Program-made: the position numbers and the translations under genes
Shown here: one piece after another, positions 1-10,365 of the stretch
Position numbering within the stretch: position 1 is the stretch's first letter
Layout: every line of letters begins with the position of its first letter
Source: an uncultured virus (IMG/VR IMGVR_UViG_3300031555_006527)
Lineage: Duplodnaviria > Heunggongvirae > Uroviricota > Caudoviricetes
Length of the DNA: 64,000 nt
Strand: one strand, 5' to 3'
IMG/VR virus record: IMGVR_UViG_3300031555_006527
The notes under the pieces: generated by a model
What the model saw: only the letters and a program-made list of their open reading frames with translations
What the model was told of the DNA's origin: nothing
Database searches by the model: none

Positions 1-338
1 TAATGACTGCTGATGAAGTAAAGACTTTACCGAACACTCAAGAGATTATTATTGTTTCCGGAGAAAATCCGTTAATTGACAATAAGCATCCATATACCAC
101 TCATCCATTATATAAATATACATCAGATGAGACCAAGATACCATTCAACAGAGACAAATATACCATTCCTCCAGCAAAATTAGTAAAAGAAGTACTAATG
201 GATTCCGGATGGCCAGAAATCATTCCATTATCTGCAGAAAAGATTGTCGAATTATTTAGTCCAGAAGATTCCGAATATGGATTCCAAGGTTTTGAAGAAG
301 ACGACGATTATGACTACGATAGTTATCCATATAACTAA
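1..338 (+). CDS. C-terminal end of a VirD4/TraG-like type IV coupling protein (partial)
   Basis: MTADEVKTL..QEIIIVSGENP..NK.P...HPLYKY.SD resembles the C-terminal LMTPDEV..RG..PF..KY..HP.YK motif of Firmicute VirD4 proteins; acidic tail. Confidence 0.7.
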   Translation, partial: MTADEVKTLPNTQEIIIVSGENPLIDNKHPYTTHPLYKYTSDETKIPFNRDKYTIPPAKLVKEVLMDSGWPEIIPLSAEKIVELFSPEDSEYGFQGFEEDDDYDYDSYPYN

Positions 339-345
339 AAAGAAG

Positions 346-378
346 AATCCACTCTCAATTTTAGAGGGTGGATTTTTC
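346..378 (+). terminator. Intrinsic terminator
   Basis: aatccactct..agagggtggatt hairpin followed by T-run after stop codon. Confidence 0.7.
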
Positions 379-429
379 TGGATTTTATTTATATTAGTCC
401 ATATATAAAAGAAGGTAATTACGCTAAAT

Positions 430-459
430 CCGACAGATTAAACCAAAAAGTGACTAATA
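430..459 (+). promoter_or_regulatory. Element-specific promoter-like motif, copy 1
   Basis: ccgacagattaaaccaaaaagtgactaata; matches CCG-N5-TTAAACC-N5-TAGCTAATA consensus. Confidence 0.7.
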
Positions 460-517
460 TTTAGATTTAAAAAAATAAAAATCGATAAAAATATTGAAAG
501 GGGTTAATAAGCGATTT

Positions 518-1246
518 ATGAAGAAGAAATCCAAATTGCCAGTACTTTTAGTCATCCTTTTACTTGTCGGTTCTAACATTGCAAACTATTGGTATTTTAA
601 CATATACTGCGAAGGTTTGTATAAAGAACAGGCAGAACATTTATCTGCTGAACTAAACAGTTATCAGACAGAGGTCTATACTGCGAATAATTTAATTACA
701 GCAGGAACTGTAGTTACAGAAGATATGGTTACAAAGACAACGGGATATGTATCCAGTCACATTGATTTATTTAAAGGAAATTGTATTGGAAAAACTGCAA
801 TTGCAGATATTTCTGCCGGAGCTATTTTAAGTTCCAGTATGGTATATGACCAATCTAAAGAACTAGGAAACACCGGACAGTATAATCAAATTGATTTCCC
901 AAGCAATGCTTCTATAGGAAGTTATGTTGACATTCGTATTCGTTTTAGAAACGGAAATGATTACGTAGTAATCTCCAAAACAAAGTTAGCAGGTATTGAA
1001 GGAAACAACTCTTTACTCACCTTAACAGAAGAAGAAAGATTATGTTTATCTTCAGCGATTGTAGACAAGAACTTATACGATGCAACCATTTATGCAACCG
1101 TATATTCCAGCCCAGAAACACAGGACCCTGCAATCATTACTTATATTCCAAGAGAAGACAACTTACCATTGATTTACGACAATTGGAGAGAGTATAGCGT
1201 TCTCAGAAAGCAGTTAGAAGCACAGATTGAAGCAGAGGTTCAGTAA
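518..1246 (+). CDS. Flp/Tad pilus assembly protein CpaB/RcpC-like (SAF domain)
   Basis: N-terminal TM; SAF-like segment (VYTANNLITAGTVVTEDMV..IGKTAIADISAGAILSSSMV); G.YVDIRIRF.NG.DYVVISK; first gene of Tad-like operon. Confidence 0.7.
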   Translation: MKKKSKLPVLLVILLLVGSNIANYWYFNIYCEGLYKEQAEHLSAELNSYQTEVYTANNLITAGTVVTEDMVTKTTGYVSSHIDLFKGNCIGKTAIADISAGAILSSSMVYDQSKELGNTGQYNQIDFPSNASIGSYVDIRIRFRNGNDYVVISKTKLAGIEGNNSLLTLTEEERLCLSSAIVDKNLYDATIYATVYSSPETQDPAIITYIPREDNLPLIYDNWREYSVLRKQLEAQIEAEVQ

Positions 1247-1260
1247 AGGAGTTTAACCAT

Positions 1261-1881
1261 ATGAAAATTGGAATTACGTCAAAGTATCCACACACCTTTG
1301 TCTTAAGTTTAGCAACTTTATTTAAGCAAGCAGGTAGTGTAAATATCCATACAAATGGAATTTATAGCAAACTTCTTTTTGACGATACCGATAACAATCA
1401 GGAACGAAATGGAATTTATTTCAATTCCGACGAAAAAGAGTTTGATTATGAATTTTACGTAAATGACGACACGCTTTGTGATTATCGAATCATTGCGCTT
1501 CGACCATATTACAGAGACATTATTGAATTAAGAGAATTGCCACTTCCGACAGAAACAGACATTGTAATCCTTACAGAATTAGTTCCTACAGGATTGAAAT
1601 ATGGTCATCGTCTCATTTTATCAGAATTAAATTTACCACAGGCAACACATTATGAAATTGTTTCTGACGAAAGAGATTATTTAATTGATTGTCATTTCGG
1701 AATGAATACAAAGTTTTCGATTGACCAGTTTTCCAAACCATATAGAGACTGTTTATTATCTTTATTCAACTGGTGTAATGGAACCTCCCATACGAAATTA
1801 CGTCATATCAAGACAAAACCTGTTTTTACAAAGAAGTCTGTTGAAACAGAAGAACCCGAGACTACAGTAGAGGAGGAATAA
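1261..1881 (+). CDS. Hypothetical protein of Tad-like operon (possibly degenerate CpaE-like)
   Basis: ORF with strong RBS between CpaB-like and ParA-like genes. Confidence 0.55.
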   Translation: MKIGITSKYPHTFVLSLATLFKQAGSVNIHTNGIYSKLLFDDTDNNQERNGIYFNSDEKEFDYEFYVNDDTLCDYRIIALRPYYRDIIELRELPLPTETDIVILTELVPTGLKYGHRLILSELNLPQATHYEIVSDERDYLIDCHFGMNTKFSIDQFSKPYRDCLLSLFNWCNGTSHTKLRHIKTKPVFTKKSVETEEPETTVEEE

Positions 1882-1884
1882 CCC

Positions 1885-2643
1885 ATGGGAAAAATTTATT
1901 CATTTCAGTCCCCAGTTCACGGACAATGTGGAACAACTGCCTCTATGGTAGCTATGGCCTATGCAATCAAGCAAGAAAAGAAAAGTATTGTATTAGTCCA
2001 TTCTCAGTCTAGTCTTGCTGCCTTAGAGAATTTCTTCATTTCAGGAGAAGAAAAGCGTCCAGTCTATGATGGAATTGGCTTAGACTATTTATGCTATACC
2101 ATCAAGGCAAGAGACTTAGAAAAGAATGACCTTGATAAAGCGATGATACATTTAGATAAAGACTTCTTCTTATTACCATCTGCAGCAAAGCGAATGGATG
2201 ATGAACGAGAAGAAATTCTAAAATATATCATTACAGAGAAGCTTCCATTATATTACGACTATGTATTTGTAGATATTGGCTTTGGAAATTCTGACGTTTC
2301 TCAAGCAGTAAAAGAAGCTGCAGATACCAACGTCATGGTAATTTCTCAGAACAGTATGATATTAACAGAGGGTTTAGTAGAAGAAAACATGTTGTTATTA
2401 TGTGGAAACTACAACCCAAAACGTAAATTAAATTTACGAGCAATCAATCAGAGATATCCAAAGAACAAGCTATATGCAATTCCGTATTGTACAGAATTTG
2501 CAGATGCCATTACAGACAGTAGAACCAATCGTTTTTTCAAGGCAAATGAAAAACTTGTTATTTCAAAGTTACTTGGAAAAACAGATGAAACCATTTATTT
2601 TTTCCAAGAGATTGGAAAACTTCGGGAGGTAACCAATGCATGA
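1885..2643 (+). CDS. ParA/MinD-like protein (CpaE/TadZ-like)
   Basis: Deviant P-loop SPVHGQCGTT; YDYVFVDIG motif. Confidence 0.7.
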   Translation: MGKIYSFQSPVHGQCGTTASMVAMAYAIKQEKKSIVLVHSQSSLAALENFFISGEEKRPVYDGIGLDYLCYTIKARDLEKNDLDKAMIHLDKDFFLLPSAAKRMDDEREEILKYIITEKLPLYYDYVFVDIGFGNSDVSQAVKEAADTNVMVISQNSMILTEGLVEENMLLLCGNYNPKRKLNLRAINQRYPKNKLYAIPYCTEFADAITDSRTNRFFKANEKLVISKLLGKTDETIYFFQEIGKLREVTNA

Positions 2644-4420
2644 TGTAATCACAAATTTTCGTGAATTAACGAGATACGTGTTAGACGAAGTAAATCGTTA
2701 TACATCTATGAATCTAAACGGATTAGGATTTTCCGAAGAAGAGTTACTGGATAAAAAAGAGCAGATTCAGACAATTGCCCTAAACATTCGAAAGAGTTGT
2801 TCTGGAGACCTTGGTGCAAGAGAATTAACAAAAGAAGTTATTCGAGACAAAATCGAACAAGTTATTACGGAAAAAAACTTAGAAAACTATATTTTGTTTG
2901 ATGAATTTGCAACCCCTTGGACAATGTTTGAAGCAATAGTATATCGAGTAAATCATCCAATTACTTTAGAAAACCAATTCAAATTCAAAGAAGCGAGAAC
3001 AAACCCATTACAGCAGGGTAAAAAAGTTGTCTTACGGGAAGATTTAGGAAGTATCAAAGCTTTTTTCAATGCTTTTCCAAATGCATTATCCATTTCTGAA
3101 AAAGAATTAAGACAATATTATGACTCACACGATTTACAGTTAGATTATTCAGACAAGATTCGAATTTTAACACAAATGGTATTTGCTTCTATCTATGGAT
3201 TAGGAGTTATAGATACCTTAAATTACCAGCAAGATACCATTGAAGAAATCCATATTGGTATGGCAGGTGTATTAAATCAGTCGTATGACTATCGTTCTCT
3301 AATGCGTGGAAAAACCGAGCAATTAGGAAACCATGCAAAAGACAAAGTACATGTTGTTGTAAATGGACGAACCATTGCTTTAAAGTTTTTATCCTTTACT
3401 GATAATCATGAATTAAAGAGAGTTATTAGAAACTTAATTAAAGATGCCAGTGCAGGAGATTTAACAGAAGCAAATCCAAAGATTATTACAGATACCATTG
3501 ATGGACGTCGTATTACAGTGGCAAGACCACCATTTCAAGATTCTTGGGGTGGTTTAATCAGAAAATTTGGCACAGTATCTGTCGTTAACCTTGAAGGTTT
3601 TGACCCAGATTGTGAAATCAATCCTATTGTTCGTTTATTTGCCCGTTCCGGAGCAAACATTGGTGTTACAGGAGGAATGGAAGTAGGTAAAACTACATTA
3701 CTTAGAACTTTACTCCGAGAAACCGAACCAGATAAGAACATCCGAGTAATTGAACGAGATTCTTTTGAATTAAACGTTAGAAGTTATTTACCGGGAAGAA
3801 ACGCTTCGAGTTATAAGATTGATGACCATTCCACAGAAGAAGAAGTTTCTGCATTTGTAAGAAAAACTACCGGACATATCTTTTCTGTAGGAGAAGTAAA
3901 CTCTCTTGAGACAGCAAACATTTTATGTAACATCGCAAAAGTAGTACCTCAAGTTTTTTGGACTTCTCACCACAATAAGACCGAAGAAATGGTTGCCGAC
4001 TTTAAAAATGCAAAACTAGCTCATGGATTCAGTTCCGAGCGATTAGCAGAATTAGAAGCGGCGCAAATCATCAACTTAAACATTCGACTTGCAAGAATTG
4101 ATGGTGTTCCAAGAATTGTTGGAATTGATGAAGTTATTCCAGAGATTGGTGAAATGTTAGCACCAACTAATATTGAAGAAGGATTAGACCATATTCAGAA
4201 GCAATTAAATAAAACTTCTGTATATAAAATCAATCCAATTTTCCGTAGATTATCGAACGGAAAATACAAGAAACTCAATTCCTTAAGTCCTGCTCTTATG
4301 AACAAGGCAAAAGGATTTATGAGTATAGCAGACTACATCGCCTTAAAGGAATGGAATGATGATATTCCGGGAAGGCAGCAGCTATCTACCAGTTGTCCTG
4401 AAGGGGGTGCTCTTGAATGA
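2636..4420 (+). CDS. Flp pilus assembly ATPase CpaF/TadA
   Basis: Walker A GGMEVGKTT, IE..FEL box, VGEV Walker B-like motif, TSHH His-box, DGRRITVARPPF. Confidence 0.85.
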   Translation: MHDVITNFRELTRYVLDEVNRYTSMNLNGLGFSEEELLDKKEQIQTIALNIRKSCSGDLGARELTKEVIRDKIEQVITEKNLENYILFDEFATPWTMFEAIVYRVNHPITLENQFKFKEARTNPLQQGKKVVLREDLGSIKAFFNAFPNALSISEKELRQYYDSHDLQLDYSDKIRILTQMVFASIYGLGVIDTLNYQQDTIEEIHIGMAGVLNQSYDYRSLMRGKTEQLGNHAKDKVHVVVNGRTIALKFLSFTDNHELKRVIRNLIKDASAGDLTEANPKIITDTIDGRRITVARPPFQDSWGGLIRKFGTVSVVNLEGFDPDCEINPIVRLFARSGANIGVTGGMEVGKTTLLRTLLRETEPDKNIRVIERDSFELNVRSYLPGRNASSYKIDDHSTEEEVSAFVRKTTGHIFSVGEVNSLETANILCNIAKVVPQVFWTSHHNKTEEMVADFKNAKLAHGFSSERLAELEAAQIINLNIRLARIDGVPRIVGIDEVIPEIGEMLAPTNIEEGLDHIQKQLNKTSVYKINPIFRRLSNGKYKKLNSLSPALMNKAKGFMSIADYIALKEWNDDIPGRQQLSTSCPEGGALE

Positions 4421-6099
4421 GTAAGAATGCAGGTAATCCCAGATTAGTTACCAGCCAGCAATATATTCGTTTATTTTTACCATTAACAAGAGTTCCATTC
4501 TTCAAGGGAAAATTAAGAGTATTAAAGCAATTATATCAAGGCATCTGTCCATATGAAGACAGAGAAGCAGAGCAGATGGCATTAAACTCTTTAATTGCCG
4601 CCATTTTAGGCTGTATAGGTTCTTTTTTCATATTCTTTTTAATGAACCTAGTATTTTTTGGCGTAACTCCCTATGTAGTTGTAGCAAGTGTAGCAGCAGC
4701 CTACTACATATTTAATGAAGTTTTGTTGTATCGACAGAATAAGCTTACGAATCAGCTTAACACAGAATTATCTTCGTTTTTCCTGAATGTATCCCATTAC
4801 TATCAAAGTGAGCGTTCTATTTTAACGGCATTAGAAATGGGTGCTACCTCTTTAAGTAGAGAAATTCAGACGACAGCAAGATTTTTAGAAGAGATTCTTA
4901 CGGCTGATAATGCTGAAGAACAGATTTACAATTATGTTACAGATGCAGACAAAAACTTATATTTAAAACTGTTTTTACAGCAATGCTACGAATGTTTTGA
5001 GCATGGAGATGCCTATATTAACGGAGTATCCTCATTTTGTGAAACGTTAGAGACATTTCGAGTAGACATGCTTCGGTCTAAAATTGACCGCCAGAAACAC
5101 AATGCCAGATTACAAGGATTGTCTTTTGTACTCTGGGTTCCGGCATTAGCCATGGGTGTTATCAAAAAGTTTGGTCTATCACTCATGGAAGATATGGTTC
5201 TTTTTTATACGGAATATGGTTTGTTTGTAGAGTTATTAACACTTGCCAGTGCCTTTATCTTATATCAGGCATTAAACAGAGCTAAATACCGTCATTTAAA
5301 GACCATCACCATAAAAGAATGGTATTACAAGGCACAAGACGCATTACAATGGTTTGAAGATACAAATCAGGGGTGGTTTGTAAAACAATTAAAAGCAGTT
5401 GCCTGTAATGCTCCTCCTAGTGTTTGTTATACCAAAATGACATTAGATGCAATTCTTGGAATGTTTGCCGGATTATTTTTAGTAGTGATTGGAGCAATTC
5501 AAAATCACACTACGGTTCATTCCAATCAATTACTTCTAATTCCTTTATGTGGGCTAGTAGCGTTAGCATTCCCAATTCAGGTACTCTTTTTAAAATATCA
5601 ATTTAAAAAGGACCGAGAAAATGAAGTTGACTCTTTCCAATTGTTAATGATTTCGGAACGTCACAGTAAAACGATTACATTAGCAGACTTATTATCTAAG
5701 ATGGAAAGACTTGCAAATTATTATCGTTTACCGATTGGTGAATGTTTAAACATGCTATCTTACGACCAAACAAAAGCACTCTCTGGCTTAAAAGCTGTTG
5801 CCGAACGAGAAGGGGATTTAACATTTAGTAATATTGTAGATATGTTAATTTCCATTGACCGTTTAGGTATTGAACAATCTTTCCAAGAACTCAAAATGAG
5901 TCGTCAATTAGGAATTGAAGAACGGCACATTATGTCAGATATTAAGGCAGACAATCAAGGAAACTTATTAGAATTTTCCTCTTCCCTGCCTGCAATTTTA
6001 GCCTTTGGATTATACGTTATTATTCCGTTTGTATATTATACATTTGTCGATATGGAAGACGTATTAGGCGTATTAAGCTCTATGGACACAATGTTTTAA
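4417..6099 (+). CDS. TadB/TadC-like fused inner-membrane platform protein
   Basis: Multiple TM segments in two repeated blocks; overlaps the TadA-like stop codon. Confidence 0.65.
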   Translation: MSKNAGNPRLVTSQQYIRLFLPLTRVPFFKGKLRVLKQLYQGICPYEDREAEQMALNSLIAAILGCIGSFFIFFLMNLVFFGVTPYVVVASVAAAYYIFNEVLLYRQNKLTNQLNTELSSFFLNVSHYYQSERSILTALEMGATSLSREIQTTARFLEEILTADNAEEQIYNYVTDADKNLYLKLFLQQCYECFEHGDAYINGVSSFCETLETFRVDMLRSKIDRQKHNARLQGLSFVLWVPALAMGVIKKFGLSLMEDMVLFYTEYGLFVELLTLASAFILYQALNRAKYRHLKTITIKEWYYKAQDALQWFEDTNQGWFVKQLKAVACNAPPSVCYTKMTLDAILGMFAGLFLVVIGAIQNHTTVHSNQLLLIPLCGLVALAFPIQVLFLKYQFKKDRENEVDSFQLLMISERHSKTITLADLLSKMERLANYYRLPIGECLNMLSYDQTKALSGLKAVAEREGDLTFSNIVDMLISIDRLGIEQSFQELKMSRQLGIEERHIMSDIKADNQGNLLEFSSSLPAILAFGLYVIIPFVYYTFVDMEDVLGVLSSMDTMF

Positions 6100-6114
6100 A
6101 GAAAGGAGAACGCA

Positions 6115-6531
6115 ATGAGTGACAATTTAAAACGCATGTTATTGATGGGTGCGGGAGCTATGCTCACAATGGCAATTATCATTCTATATATAACTTCCTT
6201 TCGACGAGTCAGTGATGTCACCACAGAGCTACAAGAACAGGAATTAAGAGAGCAACAAACGATAGAGTTATATCCTATCACAAGATATGACCAATGTACG
6301 ATATACGGAAGTCAAGTTATCAATTATTTAAAAACGAACTTTTCCTTTTTCGATAAAGTATCGATTGATTCTGGAGATGGAAATGGTCCAAAACCAATTA
6401 CAGACACAGATAATTTCCGAACTGCAGGACACGATGCTTATATCTATGGAAATGGCTTGTACTTCGTATCTCTTGTTTATAATAAAAACAACGTTCCAAC
6501 TGAGGTCATCATCACAAAACAAGGACCATAA
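6115..6531 (+). CDS. Pilin-like protein
   Basis: N-terminal hydrophobic helix; YD..I.GS.VI motif shared with the next two ORFs. Confidence 0.6.
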   Translation: MSDNLKRMLLMGAGAMLTMAIIILYITSFRRVSDVTTELQEQELREQQTIELYPITRYDQCTIYGSQVINYLKTNFSFFDKVSIDSGDGNGPKPITDTDNFRTAGHDAYIYGNGLYFVSLVYNKNNVPTEVIITKQGP

Positions 6532-6616
6532 AAAGTGTCCTCAAACAAACATAACTTATTCATGTAAAAAAGGCAAAGCCTTAAAAAAATAATTTTTCTA
6601 AAGGAGCTTAACCAAT

Positions 6617-7177
6617 ATGAAAAATGTAATGAGCATTTTAAAGTCCGGCGTAGGATTCTTATTGCTGGCAGTAATTATTACTCTTACCGTATTCTATTTT
6701 AATCGTGGTAAGGACGTAACAGTAAAACACATTGACGGCGTATTAAACGCAGTAGAAGGTGTAAATATCAATGCTATTGACCTGACTTCCTATGATGGAG
6801 AAGACATTCAGGGTAGCGCAGTAATTTCCATGGTAGAAAGTTTAACAAACTCCACTGCTAATGTAAATGTATTAGTATATACCAACAAAGAAACTGATAC
6901 CTCCGGAAATATTACCTATAATACAGTATCGGAATATACTCAGTCTGGTCCAAACGCATCTTTTACTCTTGCAGACTTAGATGATATCAATAATGTATAT
7001 GTATTATCTTCCGAAAGAGAGAACTTCCCTGATATGTCTTCAGTAGCAAAAGCAGGAAAAGGTGACTACCGTGTAAAGACCTCTGAAGCATATATCAATC
7101 CTACTTCTTACTACAATGTAAATTGTCATTATACAGCAAATGGAGCTTTAGCCTTTGTTGTTATTACACAGAAGTAA
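6617..7177 (+). CDS. Pilin-like protein, paralog A
   Basis: N-terminal hydrophobic helix; first 90 aa identical to paralog B. Confidence 0.65.
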   Translation: MKNVMSILKSGVGFLLLAVIITLTVFYFNRGKDVTVKHIDGVLNAVEGVNINAIDLTSYDGEDIQGSAVISMVESLTNSTANVNVLVYTNKETDTSGNITYNTVSEYTQSGPNASFTLADLDDINNVYVLSSERENFPDMSSVAKAGKGDYRVKTSEAYINPTSYYNVNCHYTANGALAFVVITQK

Positions 7178-7269
7178 TTCTCTCAACAAAAGTCCTTCTA
7201 AATCACCTCTCCGGAGCTTTAAAGCTCCGTGAGAGAGGCAAAAACTATTTTTAAAGGAGAATGTCTAAT

Positions 7270-7818
7270 ATGAAAAATGTAATGAGCATTTTAAAATCAG
7301 GTGTAGGCTTTCTGTTACTCGCAGTAATTATCACATTAACGGTTTTCTATTTTAATCGTGGTAAAGATGTAACAGTAAAACACATTGATGGCGTGTTAAA
7401 CGCAGTAGAAGGTGTAAATATCAACGCTATTGATTTAACTTCCTACGATGGAGAAGATATTCAAGGTAGTGCAGTAATTTCCATGGTAGAAAGTTTAACT
7501 AATTCTACTGCCAATGTAAATGTATTAGTATATACCAATGGTGGTAGTGTTGTTGCAGAATATACCCAGACGGGACCAACAACATGGAAAGAGGACGAAA
7601 CAGACCCAGATAAAATGTTCAGTTTGTCTGGAAACCCATACGACTTAGCTGCTACAGAATATCAGCTTACAGGCGCTGCGGCATCTGCAACTCCAACTTC
7701 TGCAAACTACAGAATTAAGACTGATAAAACTTATATCAATCCAATTTCTACATATGCTGTTAAGTGTCACTACACCTCTAACAATGCATTAGCATTTGTA
7801 ACTATTACACAAAAGTAG
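7270..7818 (+). CDS. Pilin-like protein, paralog B
   Basis: First 90 aa identical to paralog A; divergent C-terminal half. Confidence 0.65.
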   Translation: MKNVMSILKSGVGFLLLAVIITLTVFYFNRGKDVTVKHIDGVLNAVEGVNINAIDLTSYDGEDIQGSAVISMVESLTNSTANVNVLVYTNGGSVVAEYTQTGPTTWKEDETDPDKMFSLSGNPYDLAATEYQLTGAAASATPTSANYRIKTDKTYINPISTYAVKCHYTSNNALAFVTITQK

Positions 7819-7906
7819 TTTAGAAAAGTTTTTCTAAAAAGGTATAGGAGGGGGTACCCCTCCTATCTCCTTAAAGAAAAGAACTACACAAGGAGGGAAT
7901 ATTTAC

Positions 7907-8050
7907 ATGGTCGATTATATTGAAGATTTATTTCATTTTCTATTTGACTTTGCTTTATTTGGGCTAGGACTAATCTTTTTATTAAAAAGTATCAGTGTTA
8001 TGCATCTTATGATGGCAACCTTCCAGCAATTAACTTCAGGAGGTTTCTAA
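7907..8050 (+). CDS. Small hydrophobic protein (47 aa), Flp-pilin-sized
   Basis: AGGAGG RBS; MVDYIEDLFHFLFDFALFGLGLIFLLKS...; below the ORF-track cutoff. Confidence 0.55.
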   Translation: MVDYIEDLFHFLFDFALFGLGLIFLLKSISVMHLMMATFQQLTSGGF

Positions 8051-8053
8051 TTT

Positions 8054-8392
8054 ATGTCGACCAAAATCGAATCCTTTTTTCTAATTGTTGTAATTTTACT
8101 ATTATGTATTATTACTCCATTACAAATGAAACAAAGCCGAACAGAATTTATAATGCAGAATGCATTAGAATACGAAGCTGACCATTTCGCATGGGAGCTT
8201 CAAACGTACAAACAAATCGACGTACCATTATTACCAGACAAAACCATGGAATTCTATTGTTATAACGACAGAATGGAATTAGTAGACATTATTTCTGCAA
8301 GTACTACCATAGGGCCATTAGATTTTAATCCATATTTTTGCGTTATCTTTGAGTACAAAGGAATAAAGAAAGGAGTATGTCTTGAACAGTGA
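8054..8392 (+). CDS. Minor pilin-like single-TM protein
   Basis: N-terminal TM, operon context. Confidence 0.5.
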   Translation: MSTKIESFFLIVVILLLCIITPLQMKQSRTEFIMQNALEYEADHFAWELQTYKQIDVPLLPDKTMEFYCYNDRMELVDIISASTTIGPLDFNPYFCVIFEYKGIKKGVCLEQ

Positions 8393-8753
8393 TAAAATAA
8401 CCGCCATTTTAAGTTATTTTGTAATGGTATTATTATATTTAGCTCCCTTCTTTTTATTACATGCTTTTTCTGCAAGATATAGAATTGTAATTGCAGAAGA
8501 GATAGCCTATCAATTTGTGCAAGAATCTTATGAATCTGGAATTACAGAATCTTCTTATACAAAACTTATAGAAATGAGTGCAAAACTTGAAGGAACTGTA
8601 AAAGTCACTTTAGAAGGAAAAGACCGAACATTCACAGATACAGAAATTTTAACGGAAATTCTTTCCGGGCCATTAGAGGTATATCATAATGAATTTCTTA
8701 CCTGTATCATATACATAGATAATTTATCCATACGAATAGGAGGCAGACCATAA
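8382..8753 (+). CDS. Minor pilin-like single-TM protein
   Basis: N-terminal TM, overlapping operon context. Confidence 0.5.
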   Translation: MNSDKITAILSYFVMVLLYLAPFFLLHAFSARYRIVIAEEIAYQFVQESYESGITESSYTKLIEMSAKLEGTVKVTLEGKDRTFTDTEILTEILSGPLEVYHNEFLTCIIYIDNLSIRIGGRP

Positions 8754-9397
8754 TGAATCGACATCATTTAGGTATTTTATTTTCTGCAATAGCGATATTA
8801 TTATTGTCTTCCATTTATTTAAGATGGCTTTACATTACAGAACAACAGCAGGCAGATAGAACGACAGAAAGTTCCTTAAATTTTGCAATATCCTCCTCTA
8901 TTGGAAAATTAAATATCAGTTATGGTAGTGCAAACGACTATTATACATTATCTGACACTTTTTTCAATAGTATTATGTTAATGCAAGGAAAACGAGACAT
9001 ATTAGAAGGACGTACTGCAATCGAAGACTACTATCCATATGTTCCTGTCTTTTTATGTTTAGAAGAACGATACTATCATATAGGTAGTTATAATGGAACT
9101 TCTTATGAATGGAGTGAAGCTCAATATTATCCGAATCACGCATTACTTTCAGATTTAGATACCGACCTTGCTCTTACAACAATTGAAAACAAAATCAATG
9201 AAATGCTAGTAAATTATCATAATGATAGAGGTCTTCCAGACACTACCTATATTCTTCCGGATTATTTTATGAGAAATATTTCAGCACCAACAATATTAGT
9301 AGTCTTAGAAAATTTCCCTACAACCTTATATGGTCATTATTATTCCGGAGTATTCCATGGTGGTGGAAGTTTAACTCCAATTGAAAGGACACCATAA
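8753..9397 (+). CDS. Minor pilin-like single-TM protein
   Basis: N-terminal TM, translationally coupled (TAATG). Confidence 0.5.
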   Translation: MNRHHLGILFSAIAILLLSSIYLRWLYITEQQQADRTTESSLNFAISSSIGKLNISYGSANDYYTLSDTFFNSIMLMQGKRDILEGRTAIEDYYPYVPVFLCLEERYYHIGSYNGTSYEWSEAQYYPNHALLSDLDTDLALTTIENKINEMLVNYHNDRGLPDTTYILPDYFMRNISAPTILVVLENFPTTLYGHYYSGVFHGGGSLTPIERTP

Positions 9398-9398
9398 C

Positions 9399-9908
9399 AT
9401 GAATCAAGAAAAGATTTTATGTTTAGATTTATCCACAAGGAATACCGGATATGCAACATATCTTAATGGTATTTACCAAGATTCCGGAAGTTTAGAGCAA
9501 AAAGAGACGGATGGAACCTTAAGAGCCTATCATATTTTACATCGAATTGAAGAAGAGATAGAAAGATTTCATCCAACTCTTTTAGTCGTTGAAAAACTTC
9601 CGCCAATGTTTCATTCCGGACAAGAAGTATTGATTTATCTTCACGGTGGATTAAAATTTTTAGCCATACAGAAAGGAATTGAATTACAAGCTACTTTACT
9701 TCCGATGCAATGGCGTAAAATATTAGGCTTTAATCAATCGAAAACAGAAAATCGTACAAAATTCATAAAACAACAATCCATTGCCTGTGCAAGTAAGATT
9801 GTTGGAAAAATAATTACTGATGATAATGAAGCAGATGCTATTTGTTTAGGAACTGCATTTTTATTAGAACAAGAGCAAAAAGAAATAGAAAAGCTTTCTT
9901 ACAAATAA
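9399..9908 (+). CDS. RuvC-like Holliday junction resolvase
   Basis: ILCLDLSTRNTGYA, VVE and DDNEADAICLG catalytic motifs. Confidence 0.8.
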   Translation: MNQEKILCLDLSTRNTGYATYLNGIYQDSGSLEQKETDGTLRAYHILHRIEEEIERFHPTLLVVEKLPPMFHSGQEVLIYLHGGLKFLAIQKGIELQATLLPMQWRKILGFNQSKTENRTKFIKQQSIACASKIVGKIITDDNEADAICLGTAFLLEQEQKEIEKLSYK

Positions 9909-9956
9909 AAAACAAAAAAAAATAGAAGTTACGAAAAAGAAACCCGGAGGCACTTT

Positions 9957-10358
9957 ATGTTAAACCAAGTAAAAGAGACAGAAAAGTTAAAATATGAACC
10001 ACCAGAAATAACGATTACTCCTCTGTCTACTTTTTCAGAAAATATAAAAAGAGAATTACAACGTTCTGGAAAATCAACTTATTGGCTTGCCAGAAAAAGT
10101 GGTGTAAGTCAAAGTTTAATCAGTAATTATTTAAACGGGAAAACAGAGCCAAGTTTATCAAAAGCTTTAGCGATTGCGAACGCTTTACGAATTCCATTAT
10201 CTCAACTAACAGATGATGAAATTTTTAAAAAGAAGCTATTACCAGAAACTTCAAGAGATATAGAATTTGAGCAAGAAGTATTACAAAGTTGTTCTTCTAC
10301 CACATTATTACAAGAAGTAGATAGACGACTAAACCATTCTAAGAAAAAGACAGTTTAA
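9957..10358 (+). CDS. XRE-family HTH transcriptional regulator
   Basis: LARKSGVSQSLISNYLNGKTEPSL..ALAIANAL HTH. Confidence 0.85.
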   Translation: MLNQVKETEKLKYEPPEITITPLSTFSENIKRELQRSGKSTYWLARKSGVSQSLISNYLNGKTEPSLSKALAIANALRIPLSQLTDDEIFKKKLLPETSRDIEFEQEVLQSCSSTTLLQEVDRRLNHSKKKTV

Positions 10359-10365
10359 CATTGTT

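Noticed and set aside
430..459. Sigma-D (TAAA-N15-GCCGATAT) assignment for the repeated promoter motif
   Set aside because: The spacing from TAAA to GCTAATA is only about 9 nt and the upstream CCG block is unexplained.
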